A stretch of DNA of 64,000 bases. It comes from Callorhinchus milii. Lineage: Eukaryota. The stretch spans positions 62,436,001-62,500,000 of the forward strand of contig NW_024704742.1 of NCBI RefSeq assembly GCF_018977255.1. Reading direction: 5' to 3'. The position numbers were made by a program, and so were the translations under genes. A model generated the notes under the pieces. That model searched no databases. It was not told the origin of the DNA and saw only the letters and a list, made by a program, of their open reading frames with translations. This document shows positions 1 through 12,955 of this stretch, in pieces (positions within the stretch are counted from its first letter, which is position 1; each line of letters starts with the position of its first letter).

Positions 1-29
1 CTCATCAGCACAACATAAGTGGGTTTCCA

Positions 30-225
30 GGTCGTAGAGGCAGGAGAACAATGAAGCTGATCCGCACGGTTACAGGAATGAGTTATAAGGAACACCTAGA
101 TAAAGTAGGGCTCTTCAATTTTGAAGAGAGACATCTCTAAAGATGACCTTATAGGTATATATAAGCTGCTTACAAGGATAGAGGAAGCAATATGTCAATA
201 GAACAGGACTAGAGGGCACAGTCAA
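30..225 (+). mobile_element. CR1 LINE ORF2 C-terminal fragment, decayed
   Basis: Degenerate translation follows the CR1 C-terminal pattern (GMSY.E.L..GLF..E.R.L..DL...YK...TRGH), with stops and frameshifts. Confidence 0.7.
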
Positions 226-609
226 TAATTTACAGGCTCAAGCAATCTGATAACATTTACTATCCTACAGTCATCAAGTACATTTCCAATGTTTATGGAA
301 CTCCTAAAATTGTTAACCAGAGCTTATTTTCTTTTACATTTGCTTCTAGCATGTATCCTTTCTGGGATGGTTAATTTGTGAACACTTAATTTTTTGAGTT
401 TCTTTGTAACACATGCTTGACTGATATTTTACTTGCTGTAAACATACAAGAGCCAAAACAACTGGTTCTGAATATTGATCCACACCCTTCATTTCTGAAA
501 ATTATGGTCAATGATCAATTTCACACATCTAGCATTCTCACAATTTGTGGTATTTCTTAATGGGATTCCCTAAATAAAGAATCACTCAAATGGGAATTCA
601 CAAAACCTC

Positions 610-860
610 AAAATTGGTTTGGATGGAAAAGCCCTATTAGATCTCTTCCTTCCAGAATACTTGCCCACCTGTCCAGCCATGAGAGCATCAAACTGTTTCT
701 TAAATGAGTCCAATGTGCTGGACTCAGCAACCCTTCTTGGTAACCCATTGCAGTTACTAATTGACCTGTGGGTAAACAAATACTTCTTGGGATCTGTCTT
801 AAACTTGCTCTTCACAAGCCGAAACCTGTGCCCTCTTGTCAACTGCTCTGGAATCCTTCG
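610..860 (-). mobile_element. CR1 LINE 3' end
   Basis: ORF 582..905(-) contains TRGHRFRL..KF.TD..KYLFT.R....NGLP..V.ES.TLDSFKKQFD, typical of the CR1 ORF2 C-terminus. Confidence 0.8.
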
Positions 861-1673
861 GGTTGATAGACAAATGTTATATTGTGGGAATTCCATTCTG
901 ACCAATTTACTTCCAGAGCACCATTTTCTTATAAAATATTTTCTTAATAACGGAATACTCTAAAGAAATATCACTTAATTGACTGTAGGATTTCTGTAAT
1001 TAACGTGTTAAATAATATCTCAAATTATATTTGCAATATTTGTTTTTATATGAAACATATGATCAATCTCTTATGAGGGCAGTTGGTTGTGACTAGCTTC
1101 GAAGAAGATCCTTGCTCAAGGAGAAAAAACAAAAGACTGTTTATAAACAACAAACTGTTTGCGTTCCATATCAGTCATTTTCTCATGGAAAAATGATCTA
1201 CAGCTGGAGAGAGCTATGTTGCATTTGTTTTTACAATGGAACCATCTTGCAAAAGACAACAGTGAAAGGTCACCTAATGAGCTGTATAAACGGAGATCGA
1301 TTCAGAAGAGAATCGGAAGAAAGAATTGAAGAAGAGGGATCAAATTGGACGTGCCATAATAGAATTGGACATGCCATAATACCTGGATACTTTTGAGTCA
1401 TTGAATTGAACAAACACATTTAGAGAGTAAAATACCACAAGCCGTCTTAATATTCTAATGAAATTCCATTAATTTTTTTGCGTTAAAATGTTTTCAATAG
1501 CACCATAAAAGCTTATTAATTGGTGAAATGAGGAACAGCGGTAGTTTTCTTTGTGAATTCTATTTTTTTACATTGCTTTATGAACAACGTTAATTTACAG
1601 CTGTTAACTATTGGGGCAAGCATGCTGCATGTTGATGTAAAAGAGCCAAACAAGGAGGTCTGGAAGCAGTACT

Positions 1674-2030
1674 GACAACTTGCAATTGTGAAGCTTCATT
1701 CACATAGGATAACATCTTGGGAGCACTGTACAGTGAGAGGTTTGGCCATCGAGTGAGGAAGTATGGGAAGGAGAAGGTGACCATAGTTGCAGTCGAAGAG
1801 AGAGGTTTTCAGGTGGGATTTAAAGATAGATAAAGAGGAGGTGAGGTGGAGGGATTGAGACAGAACGTTCCAGAGATTAGAGGCATAGTTACTGAAGACA
1901 TGGCTGCCATTGGTGGCGTGAAGATGTCAAGGACGTGCCTCAGGCTTGTGTTAGGTGAGCAAAAGGGGCAGACAGGAGAGTGGAATACAAACGGGTCAGA
2001 GAGGTAAGGAGGTGCTACGGGTTAATGGAG
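1674..2030 (-). mobile_element. L2 LINE 3' fragment, old
   Basis: Degraded match to the L2 3' end seen in better-preserved copies in this window. Confidence 0.55.
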
Positions 2031-2549
2031 TACAATGGGGACCATTTCCTTTGAATGAAACATTCTAAATTTCCAGCTATTTCTGCCTTCACCCATACAT
2101 TTCACTGCTTTAGACAAAGGTCAGCTCTGTGTGTATTTACTATATCACCTCTTATCAGCTCCTTGTCTGTTCAGACATTTTTTTACACATAGAATACCAT
2201 CGCACACTTTTTTTCTGGCCTGGAGAAGGGACCGGCCCTTGAAGGAGACAGACTTAATAGGCTTGGCTACTAGTGATAAGAATGTTACTGGACTGAAGAA
2301 ATTGTAATTCATTGCACTGAAGGAAACTAGTTCAGATTTGCTAGACCTTGACAATCTAGGAGTATACAGTATTACTCTATTGTCAAACTCACAGCTTGTA
2401 AGGTTTTGATGGTACAAGTCACAGCATAAGGAGGTGCAGCTGTAGAGTGTGGGCTCTGGAATCAACAAAGCACATTCATTGGGTTCTAATGCTGGTTCTA
2501 GGGCTGGTATCTAATGGTGCTTGAACCTTTGGAAACTTATCCCCTTGCA

Positions 2550-2848
2550 TGGTTGCCCTATCTGCCCCAACATCAGTGGTAAACTTTCAGCCATTTTGCC
2601 CCCGCTTCCTGGAACTCCATCCTGGAGTCCCTCCGCCTTGCCCCTTCCCTCTATCCCCACGTTCAAAACTTGCTTCAAGACTTACCTCTCTGACTTGAGG
2701 TAAGTCATCATTCCCCTCCCCACTCTCTTCATCTCCCGCTCCCCCTAGCTTGGATGCCCAACTAACAACAATAACAACAACTTGGATTTATAATAGCGCT
2801 CTCCACACCGGACGGCGTCTCAGAGCGCTTTACAGTAACAGATCCCAG
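2550..2848. mobile_element. Two short L2 3' fragments (+ strand ~2550-2760; - strand tail ~2762-2848)
   Basis: The minus-strand tail (caacaacaacttggattta...gcgctctccacaccggacggcgtctcagagcgctttacagtaac) nearly matches the tail at 19975-20050. Confidence 0.7.
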
Positions 2849-3279
2849 CAGTTGTTGCGCTTTGAGTTATCCTCCCAGCATGAATGTCGCTGCAGAAATG
2901 TAAACTGTAAAGATTCATTGCAAGGTGCCATGGTCTTGTGCGATTCACGAATTAGTCTGACAAGAGGGTTCCTTGCATTCCAAGCTGTTATTAGCTGCAC
3001 TGCTCGGCATTTGCTGGATGGTTCTAGGGAAGAATATTTGAGTGCAAATAACCAGTGCAAAATGCAAGATAAATAAGCATTAACTCTTCATGTATCAGAA
3101 TTTCTACCCATACATTGCATCCTTTAAAACATCTATCTGGTATTCTTAAGCAAGTTGATAGGTTTCAACATGTGTCAAATACCAGACTCAACAAAAACAT
3201 TTTTAAATTTTTTTTTCCTTTGCAGATCTACTTCTTCCTGAAGCAGATCTGTAAAATAAAGAAAATCAAACAGTTCAAA

Positions 3280-3501
3280 ATAGTGCCACAGGATCTTCAA
3301 CATCCACCTGAACAGTTAGATGGAACCTTGTTTTAACATCTCATCCAAAGAACGGCACCGTCAACAATGCAACACCCTCCAGCACTGCATCGAAGTGTCA
3401 GCATAGACTGGATGAGTTCCAAGTCCCATTCCATGTGGGGTTTGAACCCACAAGCTTCTGATTCAGAGATGAGAGTGCTACCAACTGAGCCAGACTGATA
3501 C
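3280..3501 (-). mobile_element. SINE-B (SacSINE1/DeuSINE-like), 5' part
   Basis: A box TGGCTCAGTTGG and B box GGTTCAAACCC on the minus strand, followed by the family body. Confidence 0.8.
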
Positions 3502-3669
3502 ACAAATATTACACAGTAACACATATGATACGTTAGTAAGTTTTAAAACAAATACAGTGTAGTAGAGATATTTTTTGATCAGCCTGTTGCTTGATATATG
3601 AGAAAACTGAACACCATGGTTAAGAGTATCCAAACTAGAGCTTGTGTCCGTTCCTACACTAGGCTGCAC

Positions 3670-4378
3670 TAGCCTATCACCTCCATCCTTGCCGGCACAA
3701 CTGGCTTCCCTTCCCCCAGAGAATTGAGTTTAAGATCCTCATCCTCACTTTTACATCCCTCCATGGTCTTTCACCCCTACATCTGTGACCTTCTAAAACT
3801 AGCCTGCTTCACATGCCCTGCCTACTCACCCCACCATTGGCGGTCGGGCTTTCTGCTCCAACTCTCTGAAATTCCATCCCAAAGTCCCTTTGCCCCATGT
3901 TTCGCCTCCTTCAAGGTCATCACAAGATCTTCCTCTTTGATTGTACCTTTGGCCATTTTTCTCCCACCATCCCCACCCTCCTTGGCCCTCAACAGCCCCC
4001 GCCCCCACTACAAATCCAACCTCCAGTTCAAGGGCAAATGCTGAACTGTTCAGTGCCTTGGGACACCCTTCCGACATGAAAGGCACAATATAAATGCAAT
4101 TTGTTGTCAGACACCAACAACAACAAGATTTCATTTATAGAGCGCCTTTCACGTAGGGAGGACGTCCCAAGGCGCTGGACAGTTAGGTCGTGACCCGAGC
4201 AGGGGGGAAATGGTCATGGTGAGGGGAGGGAAGGGAGGGAGCGAGGAGGGGGTGGAGAGTCGAGAGGGGAGCTGAAGGCACGGTCGAAGAGAAAGGTCTT
4301 GAGACGGCCTTGAAAGAGGAAAAGGAGGAAGCAAGGCGAAGGCACTGGGGGATGGAGTTCCAGATCTGAAGGCTGACC
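3670..4378. mobile_element. Tail-to-tail L2 3' ends (+ ~3670-4107; - ~4116-4378)
   Basis: Both end in the ...GG(C/T)GC..TATAAATG-(GTT)n type tail and face each other at ~4100-4125. Confidence 0.8.
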
Positions 4379-4787
4379 AAAAAAGACAACACCAGCTAAC
4401 CCCCAAAAAATTGATCTTCTGAGGCAGGTTTAAGACATACGTTTGGGGTAAGGAACAAAGAGAGCTTCACTTCACACCTGACTATGTAATATCCAGTGCT
4501 TGAAATGAGACAGCAATCCTCAATGCTAAGATCCATTTCTTTGTTGAGTATTAAAAACTTTTTAAAATTAAAAACACACAATTTTCAGCCGAAATGAATT
4601 TTCTAACTTTTTCTAACAGCATGTGAAAGCTTCATTCTTTTAAATGGTTGATCTCATTCAAAACCCCATAATAGTGGCTTTTGAATCATTCCCTTTCAGA
4701 TGGAGTGACAGCTGCAATATTGAGCCTGTTATTTCTGTCACTGTGCTAACCAGTGCCTGGGGATTGGGAATAGGCTGCAGAAATACT

Positions 4788-5473
4788 CAATAACAACAAC
4801 AAAATTACATTTATAGAGCGCCTTTCAAGTCAGGAGGCCGTCTCAAGGCACTGGACAATCAGAGGTCAGGACAGCATGCGGGAGGGTTGGGGTAGGGGTG
4901 AGGGAAGGCAAAGAGGTGGGAAGGTGACTGAAGGCATGCTCGAAGAGGAGAATCTTGAGACTGGCCTTCAAGGAGGCAAGGGAGGAAGCGAGGTGAAGGG
5001 ACTGTGGGATGGAGTTCCAGAGTGTGGGGGCAGAGAGACTGAAAGCCCGGCCACCCATGATAGGGTGGGTCGGGCGGGAGACATGGAGCAGACCGGAGCC
5101 CGCTGAGAGGAGGGATCAGGCAGCTTGGTAGGGAGTCAACAGGTCAGAGAGGTAGAAGGGGGCAAGGCCATGGATGGCTTTGAAAGTGAGGACAAGGATC
5201 TTGAACTCGATCCTCTGGGGGATGGGGAGCCAGTGGAGTCGGGCGAGGGTGGGAGTGATAGGGTCACGGAGCCTGGTGCGCGAGAGTACATGAGCTGCAG
5301 GGTTTTGGATAATCTGCAGCTTGTGAAGGGAAGAGTTGGGAAGGCCGATGAGGAGGGAGTTTCCATAATCGAACCTTGATGTGACAAAAGCATGGGTGAT
5401 GGTTTCGGCAGCCTGAGGGGTGAGACAGTGGCGGAGTCTGGCAATGTTGCGGAGGTACTGGTAGGCAGTGCCA
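4788..5473 (-). mobile_element. L2 LINE, 5'-truncated (~690 bp), ORF2 C-terminus plus tail
   Basis: HLRNIARLR..LT...AETI.HAFVTSR.DY.NSLL.GLP...LQIIQN.AA..L...LHWLPIPQRIEFKILVLTFKAIHGLAP.YL and GGRAFS..APTLWNS; (GTT)n tail. Confidence 0.92.
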
Positions 5474-5479
5474 TTCAAG

Positions 5480-5572
5480 GCGCAGATTGTGATTGCAAGT
5501 CCCGACGTGGGTTTTGAACCAACACCTTCTGAATTAGAGGCGAGAGTGCTCCCACTGACCCAGGCTGACACC
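5480..5572 (-). mobile_element. SINE-B tRNA-like head abutting the L2 5' end
   Basis: gtgtcagcctgggtcagtgggagcactctcgcctc...ggttcaaaaccc on the minus strand (A/B boxes). Confidence 0.75.
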
Positions 5573-6159
5573 CCGCACTGATGTACGGAAATAATATTTT
5601 ATTGTCTTGGAAGAGAATCCTGAATGCAGAGGATGTTCCACTGTGAGGGGTCAATTCATGGCTGAAGGACAAGACACAAGGTTGGCAGCAATAGCGAAGT
5701 ACTATTGATTATCTGAAAACAGATTGTGAGGCTTAAAATTTTAATTAAAAGCGTGCCAACTTGGGGGAACTACAAAATCACTGCAATTAAGTCATAAAAT
5801 ATGGATTAATTACATGCGTTTTAATGGGGGCTGGCACATGTCAAAGAGCCTTCAAGGGCACACACAAAGAGTGTAGTACTTAAATGTAAGACATCATAGA
5901 AAGTTTGCAGAAGAGAAAATGGCCATTAAGCCCATCATGCCTATGTGAGCATTAGCTCTCCCATTGAAGCTATCTATTCAAATCCCCTCCTGCTTGGCCT
6001 CAGCAGCTCCCCACCTCTCTGACCTGCTGGTACATCACTCCTCTCACTGCTCCTTTGCTCACCTGGCACAGACCTACTGGGTGTTCCACAACTACTCCAT
6101 GCCTTCAGCCACTGTGCTCCTAACCTCTGGAACTCCCTGCCACATGAGGACAGACATTA

Positions 6160-6470
6160 TATGCTTAAGAGTTTCCAAAACAAACCACTGAGAGTTTCAC
6201 AAATTCATGGAAATTTATCTTTGTCTGGAATGGCGTGTGCTCTCTCTCCCAGAAGGATGTACCCTGCTCATCTAATATTGTAAAATATTAGGCCCAGGTT
6301 TGAAAGAGCCACAAAAGACATGGGGGGCTTAGAGAGTTCATTGGGGCTGCTGGAGTTCAACCAGTTAAAACCATGCAGCTTGCCATTGCAAACACTGTCT
6401 GACAAGCTTCCCAGCCTACCCACTAAGGCTTTGTTTTCAGTTGCAGTGTTAACAGGAGTCGAGTGGGAAA
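6160..6470 (-). repeat. Family C dispersed repeat copy
   Basis: Matches 25698-26019 and the reverse complement of 46750-47060. Confidence 0.7.
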
Positions 6471-7318
6471 AGTTAAGCAATGGAATGGTGACTTTAGAAT
6501 AAAATATAACTATTCCCATCACTAGTGCTTAAAGTCACTGCCTTGATGAGGGCTGCAAGGGTCTTCCCATAGGATACTCTGGCTGTGAAGACGCTCTTAT
6601 TACCTGGGGCAGTCCCTCACCTTCCTCAATCCCTCTCCATATTAGATAACACAATGGCAGCTAGAATTGGAGCATATTTCAATGACGATCACAGAATTCC
6701 CTGCATACAGCCAAAGTGCAGCACTCTGCACACTTTACACCCACTCAGACAATGATTAACTGATGCAATCTTCAGTGAGCCTTAGATGCTGTGTCTAAAA
6801 AAAAAGATTTCTTACCTTAATTAGCTTCCAGCATCAATTAGATGCCTTAATTGCTGTTTCAACAAGGTTGCTGGAAACCTCTGTCTGATATGTGTACTGT
6901 TAAGTGGAAAAGTACAACTTCTATGGCTCACAGACAAATTGTCTGTGTCAATGAAATTCCCATTCATGCCTCCTCTTGCTATTCCAGCCTTATTTTTTCT
7001 TATAAGGAGGGAAATTGCTGCTATTTGTCTCCCAGTTTCTTGGCAGGGTGTTTGAAAACAGGAGAGTTGGAGAGAGATTACAAAAATACAGAAAATAGGG
7101 GAAAAATATAAATGTAATATTCTAAAATGTTCGGTTGTTCAAACAGCAACTTACATATGAAGAGGGTCTTCCACTCATTACAAACAAGTGTTTTATATTA
7201 CAATAGTTTGCAATTGTATAGTACCCCTCATGTAGGATAATGTCTTGGAGTGGTTCTCAGTGGCGAGGTTAGAAATTGCCACATTATTTACAAATAACAT
7301 GCCACATCTTATATAATG

Positions 7319-7643
7319 TGTGTCAGTCTGGCTCAATTGGTAGTATGCTCGTCACTGAGTCAGAAGGCTGTGGGTTCAAGCTCCACATCAGGACTTTGAT
7401 AGTCTAGAGTGACACTGTTGAAACTGAGGTACTTTTCAAAAAGAGAAGGGTGGTGTCCTGGCTGACATTCCCACAAATAAATAAAAAAAATGTTCATTCA
7501 TTTCACAGCTGTTTGAGACGTTGCCTTGTGCAAATTGATTGCCTCGTTCGCCTGCAAAATACACCGTTATTACATTTTACAGTATTTTCTGTGAAACACT
7601 GAGATGCCATCCCGATGGGAAAGACACAATATCAAATGCAAAG
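7319..7643 (+). mobile_element. SINE-B, internally deleted
   Basis: A/B-box head (tggctcaattgg...ggttcaagctcc) plus Deu-like 3' part and atcaaatgcaa tail. Confidence 0.75.
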
Positions 7644-8099
7644 ATTGACTGAATGATAGGTGTCAGGAGCTGCTTTTTCTCCTTGAGATTGCTGGGCCAT
7701 TTGCTTTTGGCAGTTTTGACATCACCAGGTCAGGAATTGGCATTTATAAGTGTCTAATTAAATCCCTATCTACTCTATTTTAGGTACTTTGGGATAAACA
7801 CTGTCTCTGAATTTTCAGCTCCAAGAGGCTAGTTATTTTGCCTGTTACTGACACAAGTGTCAAGCAATTGTGCCATTTGACTTGTTTTTCTTAATTTCCT
7901 GTCTTGTTAGTCTCAAAGACTGACCTCTCTGTAATCATCACAAGTTGACAGGACAAAGGCTTCTTGGTTCGACCAGTCTCTGCACATTCTTGCCCATAAT
8001 CCTTTACATTTGATACCTTGACCAACCCTAACCTTTTTATAGATTTTGAGCTGGCTCTTATTATAACAAATACTGATTTGCTGCACTGTCGATTGGATT

Positions 8100-8310
8100 G
8101 AGTGCTTCCTCCAGGGACATGGTGGCTGAAGACTTGATCACCAATGGTGGGATGGAAGAGGAAGGAATAGACGAGGAGAACAGGGATAGAAGCGGTTACA
8201 TAGATGAGGGGAATGAGGTCAGTACAAGGAGTTAAAAGTAAATTCTTATACTGAGCTCCAAAGTGGGAGCCAGTGGAGCTGGGCGAGGATAAAATGAATG
8301 AGTGTGCGAA
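8100..8310 (-). mobile_element. L2 fragment, old
   Basis: gggagccagtggagc (LHWLP motif on the minus strand) and neighbouring degraded L2 sequence. Confidence 0.55.
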
Positions 8311-9389
8311 GCTAACAAGAAAATAAAACAGGAAATAAAACAAAACTTTTGTACAGAGCAAAAACCACAAGTATATTTAGTGTGGAGAGGCTTCAAAACT
8401 GGAACATATTACTAAATTGTTTGGATGAGCCTGTTAAAGATACCGGCAGTACTCGAGAAGAGAAGGGAGTTTTGCCCAAGTGTCCTGGCGAACAATTCCA
8501 CCCCAAAAATTGGAGATTCACTCTTAGGCTGTTTCGGAACATTGATGTAGCTAAACTGAAAGCCGCATTTGCCTACAAGTAAACAGTTACTTCAGTTGAC
8601 AGTGCTTTGAGACATCTTGACACTGTGAAAACTGCAAAGATTATTACAATACAATTCAGTGTGCTTTGTACCTGACAAAGCATTTTTTTTCCTTTACCAA
8701 CTACTATTGTAATTACGTGGAGGTGTCTTAAATCAGATCTAAATTAAATGGCAATGAGCCAAATTCATTACCTGGAGAAAAATAATTTTACATGCTAAAG
8801 CTGTGCATTTTTAAAAAAAAGTAATGTGAAATTGAGTGCAAAATGTAAATATTCTTCTGTGACCTTGCCAGATTCTCAAAATGAACCCAACTGTTTCCTG
8901 GATGTGAAAGTCTGCTGAGTGCTGAATTAAATACACACAATCCCTTTTAATGTCGCACATAGTAAAATTCAAAAGCTCAAAGCTGTCAAAAGCTGTACGG
9001 TTTATCTTTTTCACAAATATCGTCCCTGTCAGAAAGTTCAAGATAATTCAAATCACATTTGTTTAATGGATGAAAGCTGTCCATTAGGATGGGAGCTCGT
9101 GGAATATGCTGACAAACTCCATGAGTGGGGGAGCACTGCATTGTCAGAAGAGCCAACGTTCGGATGAAATTGCTCTGCTCAATTGGCTGCCATGTTTCCA
9201 TATTTGATCTCATCCATTTGATATAAGGTGCTCTATCAAATGGAAGGATTATTATTCTTATTATTAAATGTTAAGCCGATATCCCATCCTATTCAGGAGA
9301 ACTTTAAAGGAGAAATGACACAATATGAAAAAGGAAGGGAGTTTTGCCCTGTGTCCAGACATAATATCAAAAATGCAAGGACTATTAAG

Positions 9390-9720
9390 ATCATAAGACA
9401 AATTTGGATGAAGAGGCCTTTCAGCCCATTTGATCTCATCCTTATAGAATACCCACCCTCCTGTCCTCCTACAATAACATAAGCTGTTTTTTTAAATGAG
9501 TCCAGTATCCTGGCCTCGTTAGTCTTATTGGTAAACCAATACCGTTGTTAATTACCTTTTGTCTAAAGAAATACTTTCTGCTATCTATCTGGAAATTGCC
9601 CTTTGCAACCCTAAACATATGCCCTTTTGTTGTAGGCTTCGCACATCTAAAAGTATTGTTTAGGGTTTACTTTCCGAGTCCCATTTGAAAGCTTCTAAAC
9701 CTCTATAAGGTTCCTCTGAA
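9390..9720 (-). mobile_element. CR1 3' end, decayed
   Basis: Similar to 610-860, with the CR1-type tail (gaggccttt cagccc). Confidence 0.6.
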
Positions 9721-9895
9721 ATATCTCTTTTCACAAACAATTCTACAGATAAATTAGTTTTCTCCTCATGGCTCCTCATGCAGAAAATTGTTGCAGTTTC
9801 CAGGAAAATAATCACTCAATGTCATAATAATTATTATAAAGCACTTTAAGGTACTCTGATGTGATAACTGCATGTTCCTTTTTCTTCTTGTACTC

Positions 9896-10180
9896 GTGTC
9901 AGCTTGGCTTAGTTGGAAGTACTCTCGCCTCGGAGTCAGAAGCTTCTGGGTTCAAGCTTGTGGGTCCTAGTCTAGGAACCAATATAGTCTGGGGACACAC
10001 TCCAATGCAGTGCTGGGGGTGTGCTATATTGTTGGAGGTGCTGTCCTTCGGATGAGATGTTAAACCGAGGTCTTGTCTACCTGTTCAGGTGGACATTAAA
10101 GATTCCATGGTGCTATCTGAAAAGAGAAGGGAGTTTCTCTTCTCTTTGCCCTGTCAACAATACTCCAAATAAAATTGGAC
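9896..10180 (+). mobile_element. SINE-B, 5' and central part
   Basis: A/B boxes; body ggaggtgctgtccttcggatgagatgttaaaccgagg...gtggacattaaagattccatgg. Confidence 0.85.
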
Positions 10181-10214
10181 AGTTACTCTATGCTTAATAA
10201 TGCATTATCATGTT

Positions 10215-10516
10215 GAAATAGCCCAAAAATGCTTCACAGAATTTTTCTGTTAAGAGTAGTGACTGGATGCGTGCAGGCAACTGTGGCAGTCAATTTGTGC
10301 ACAGCAATGTCCCACAAACAGTCAGGATGTGAACGATCAATTTAAATGGAGGAATGTTGGCTAGACACCAGGAAAATCTTGCTTCTCTTTGCAAATTTAT
10401 CATGTTCTTAAACCTTCTCCTGAACAGACAGAGGTCGGGACGTCCCCGTCTGGAACTTGAACCCATAACCTTGTAACCCAGTGTCAAGAGTGCTGCCAAC
10501 TGAGCCAGACTGACAC
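10215..10516 (-). mobile_element. SINE-B, internally deleted
   Basis: Head ccaactgagccagactgacac and Deu-like gcacagcaatgtcccacaaacag (both read on the + strand). Confidence 0.75.
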
Positions 10517-10939
10517 AATTAAGTGAGGTGCTCTTTGTTTTAAGAATAGCAAACCTTCAGCACACTGAGCCCAAACAATTCAATAGCAGCCATTTGAGTT
10601 TCTCTTTCAGTAGTATTGATAATATAAATTCCATTCCACGATAAGCAAACCCAATATCATCTTGTTCTGTATTCTTTGACAAGGTCACTGCCATCAGTTA
10701 CAAACAATGAACCACAAAATCATGACAGTAGCTTGACATATCTCTCTCTATTCACGCCAGATCCTCAGTCTGTGATTTTTTTGTGTCAGGATTTTGTGCT
10801 GAATGTGCTGATCGCATTAAATGGTATTCACTAGATCTAAGTTATGCTTGCATACTTCCATGTGTATTAACTTTTATCCCAAAGAATTTAATATGATCCT
10901 TTTAATATAAAGTGACCTAAACACCCTTGATAGTGATTG

Positions 10940-11260
10940 TCAATACTATCTGTATAGTGGGCAATGCTTGAGATCACTGTACAAAATGTTATCAATGCTT
11001 ATCTGAAGAGCACAGATACCATAATGAGCTGTAAACACGGATTTAGAAGTAATAGGTCTAGAAGCAATAGGTCATGCTTCAGGAATCTACTAGAACTCTT
11101 TGAGGAGGTGAGTAAACTGGTGATGAGGAGTATCCAATGGGTATAATTATTTACTTTCAGAAGTCATTTGAAAATGGTCTGCATGCTAAACTTTTAAAAA
11201 AGATTGAAGTGCATGGAATTAATTGCTAATTAGCTTGTTGGATTGAAAACTGCCTAAGGT
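10940..11260 (+). mobile_element. CR1 reverse-transcriptase fragment (pseudogenised)
   Basis: HGFRSNRSC..NLLELFEEV followed by degenerate 'F.K.F..V.H..L..K...HGI...L..WIEN', an N-terminal RT region. Confidence 0.8.
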
Positions 11261-11353
11261 GATAATAATGGGAAAAAAATCACTCTTCAGCGGATAGAAA
11301 TTGGCTCTGCTCTGTTGGGGTTGATAATAACTAACTGGGTTCTGCGGGATATG

Positions 11354-11718
11354 TGGAGTCCCCTAGCATAGTGGTTTGTGAACTCGACTTGCAAGCAAGA
11401 GGACCTGGGTTTGATTCCCAGGCGGTTTCCTTACTTTGCACGCTTCATTTCACCTCGCCGTAAGTAGGAACCTGATTGTTAGTTGATTGACAGATTGCTT
11501 TCTGGGAGTAATAATCCCAACTCCACAAAAAATGTGGTCACTCAATCCACGACTGTTGGTGGGACACTTCTGTGCACAATTGGCTGCCGTGTTTCGCCTG
11601 CAAATACAGTCAATCCACTTTACAATATATTCTAAGAAGCGCTTTGAGACATCGCAATAATGTGATAAGGTGCTATATCGAATGCGAGGATTATTATTAT
11701 TAGTATTATTATTATTAT
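11354..11718 (+). mobile_element. SINE-A, long (older) form
   Basis: tggagtcc...ttgcaagcaagaggacctgggtttgattcc head; Deu-type 3' half; (TTA)n tail. Confidence 0.8.
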
Positions 11719-12649
11719 CCTCTGGACCCATGCTGTTCACACTATTCATAAGCAGTGACAATTTATATAGTGCTGTTCATGTTGGGAGAACGTCTCAAAG
11801 CACTTTCAAAGACTGAGCAGTAGCCTGAGATGGGAGGAAGCTGGTGGGGTGGGGGGAAATTAGTCAGAAGGCAGGGTCAAAGAAATAGGTCATCAGGTGG
11901 AACTTAAAAGTTTTTGTTTGGTCAGATGGATATCTGACATACGTGGAAATGCATCACCATGCATAAGAGGATCCCACCTACAGATGAAAATTGGAATTGA
12001 ATTCACACTCCCTCCCTGGAAAGCAGATAGGGAAGGGGTGAAAGAAAAAGGTTCATTATCTAATGACATGAGCTTGAATTGGACAAGTGTTTCGGATTGA
12101 CCAGTTCTTTATTCCAGGCTTACATTTCTCTATTTAAAGTGTGTTGAATCTCTGCTTCAGAACTGGAAAAGTATTTAAGCTAATTAAATTTAATACATAT
12201 ACAAGCTACAATAATATTGTTCCTTCACCAGACAGACAACCAAATGAAATGTGGTAGTCTTTGATATGCCAGTGGATCTAATCGATATCCCCAAGATTGA
12301 CAATGATTTTTGTTATTGACTTTGTTGTTCAGGCTCTTAGTCGTTTAATGTGTCTTGCCTATTTTAAAGAAAACAACTGCTTTGGTTAATGGAATGTTTA
12401 AATAGTGCTGATTTTCTAGTATTTTAGGATGTCAGTGCGGCTCAGTTGGAATTGCTCCTCCCTCACTTCTGGGTAGAAGGTTGTGAACTCAAAGCCCAAT
12501 ATTGGGTCTTGAGATTAATAGTCTAGACTGACAGTCCAGTGAAATGTCTGGTAAGTGCTGAATTATCAGAGGTGCGTCCATCGAGTTTTGGAATAGAGAA
12601 AAGATCTCTTTTTTGTGCCTATTTTAGAATTCCTGAGAATATTTGTCGA

Positions 12650-12955
12650 GTTCTATCGTTCAGTGGTTAGAGCACTCGCCTCTCAAGTGAGAGACCTGGG
12701 TTTGATTGCAGGGTGAAACCTAGGGCAAATTTCCTTACTCCACATGTCTAATAATAATCCCTCAAGAAAAAAATAATAAATTGGTCACTTCAATTCATGA
12801 CTGTTTGTGGGACACTGCTGTGCGCAATTGGCTGCCGCGTTTCGCCCACAAATATACAGTCAATTCACTTTACAGTACATTCTGTGAAGTGCTTTGAGAC
12901 ATCTAGAAGACATGAAAAGCGCTGTATCAAATGCAAGGATTATTATTATTATTAT
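12650..12955 (+). mobile_element. SINE-A, short form
   Basis: cagtggttagagcactcgcc...gggcaaatttccttactccac...caaatgcaaggattattatt. Confidence 0.85.

Noticed and set aside
8755..8790. Recursive splice site-like tttttctccAG|GTAATG on the minus strand
   Set aside because: Such motifs are expected by chance in 64 kb, and the transcribed strand is unknown
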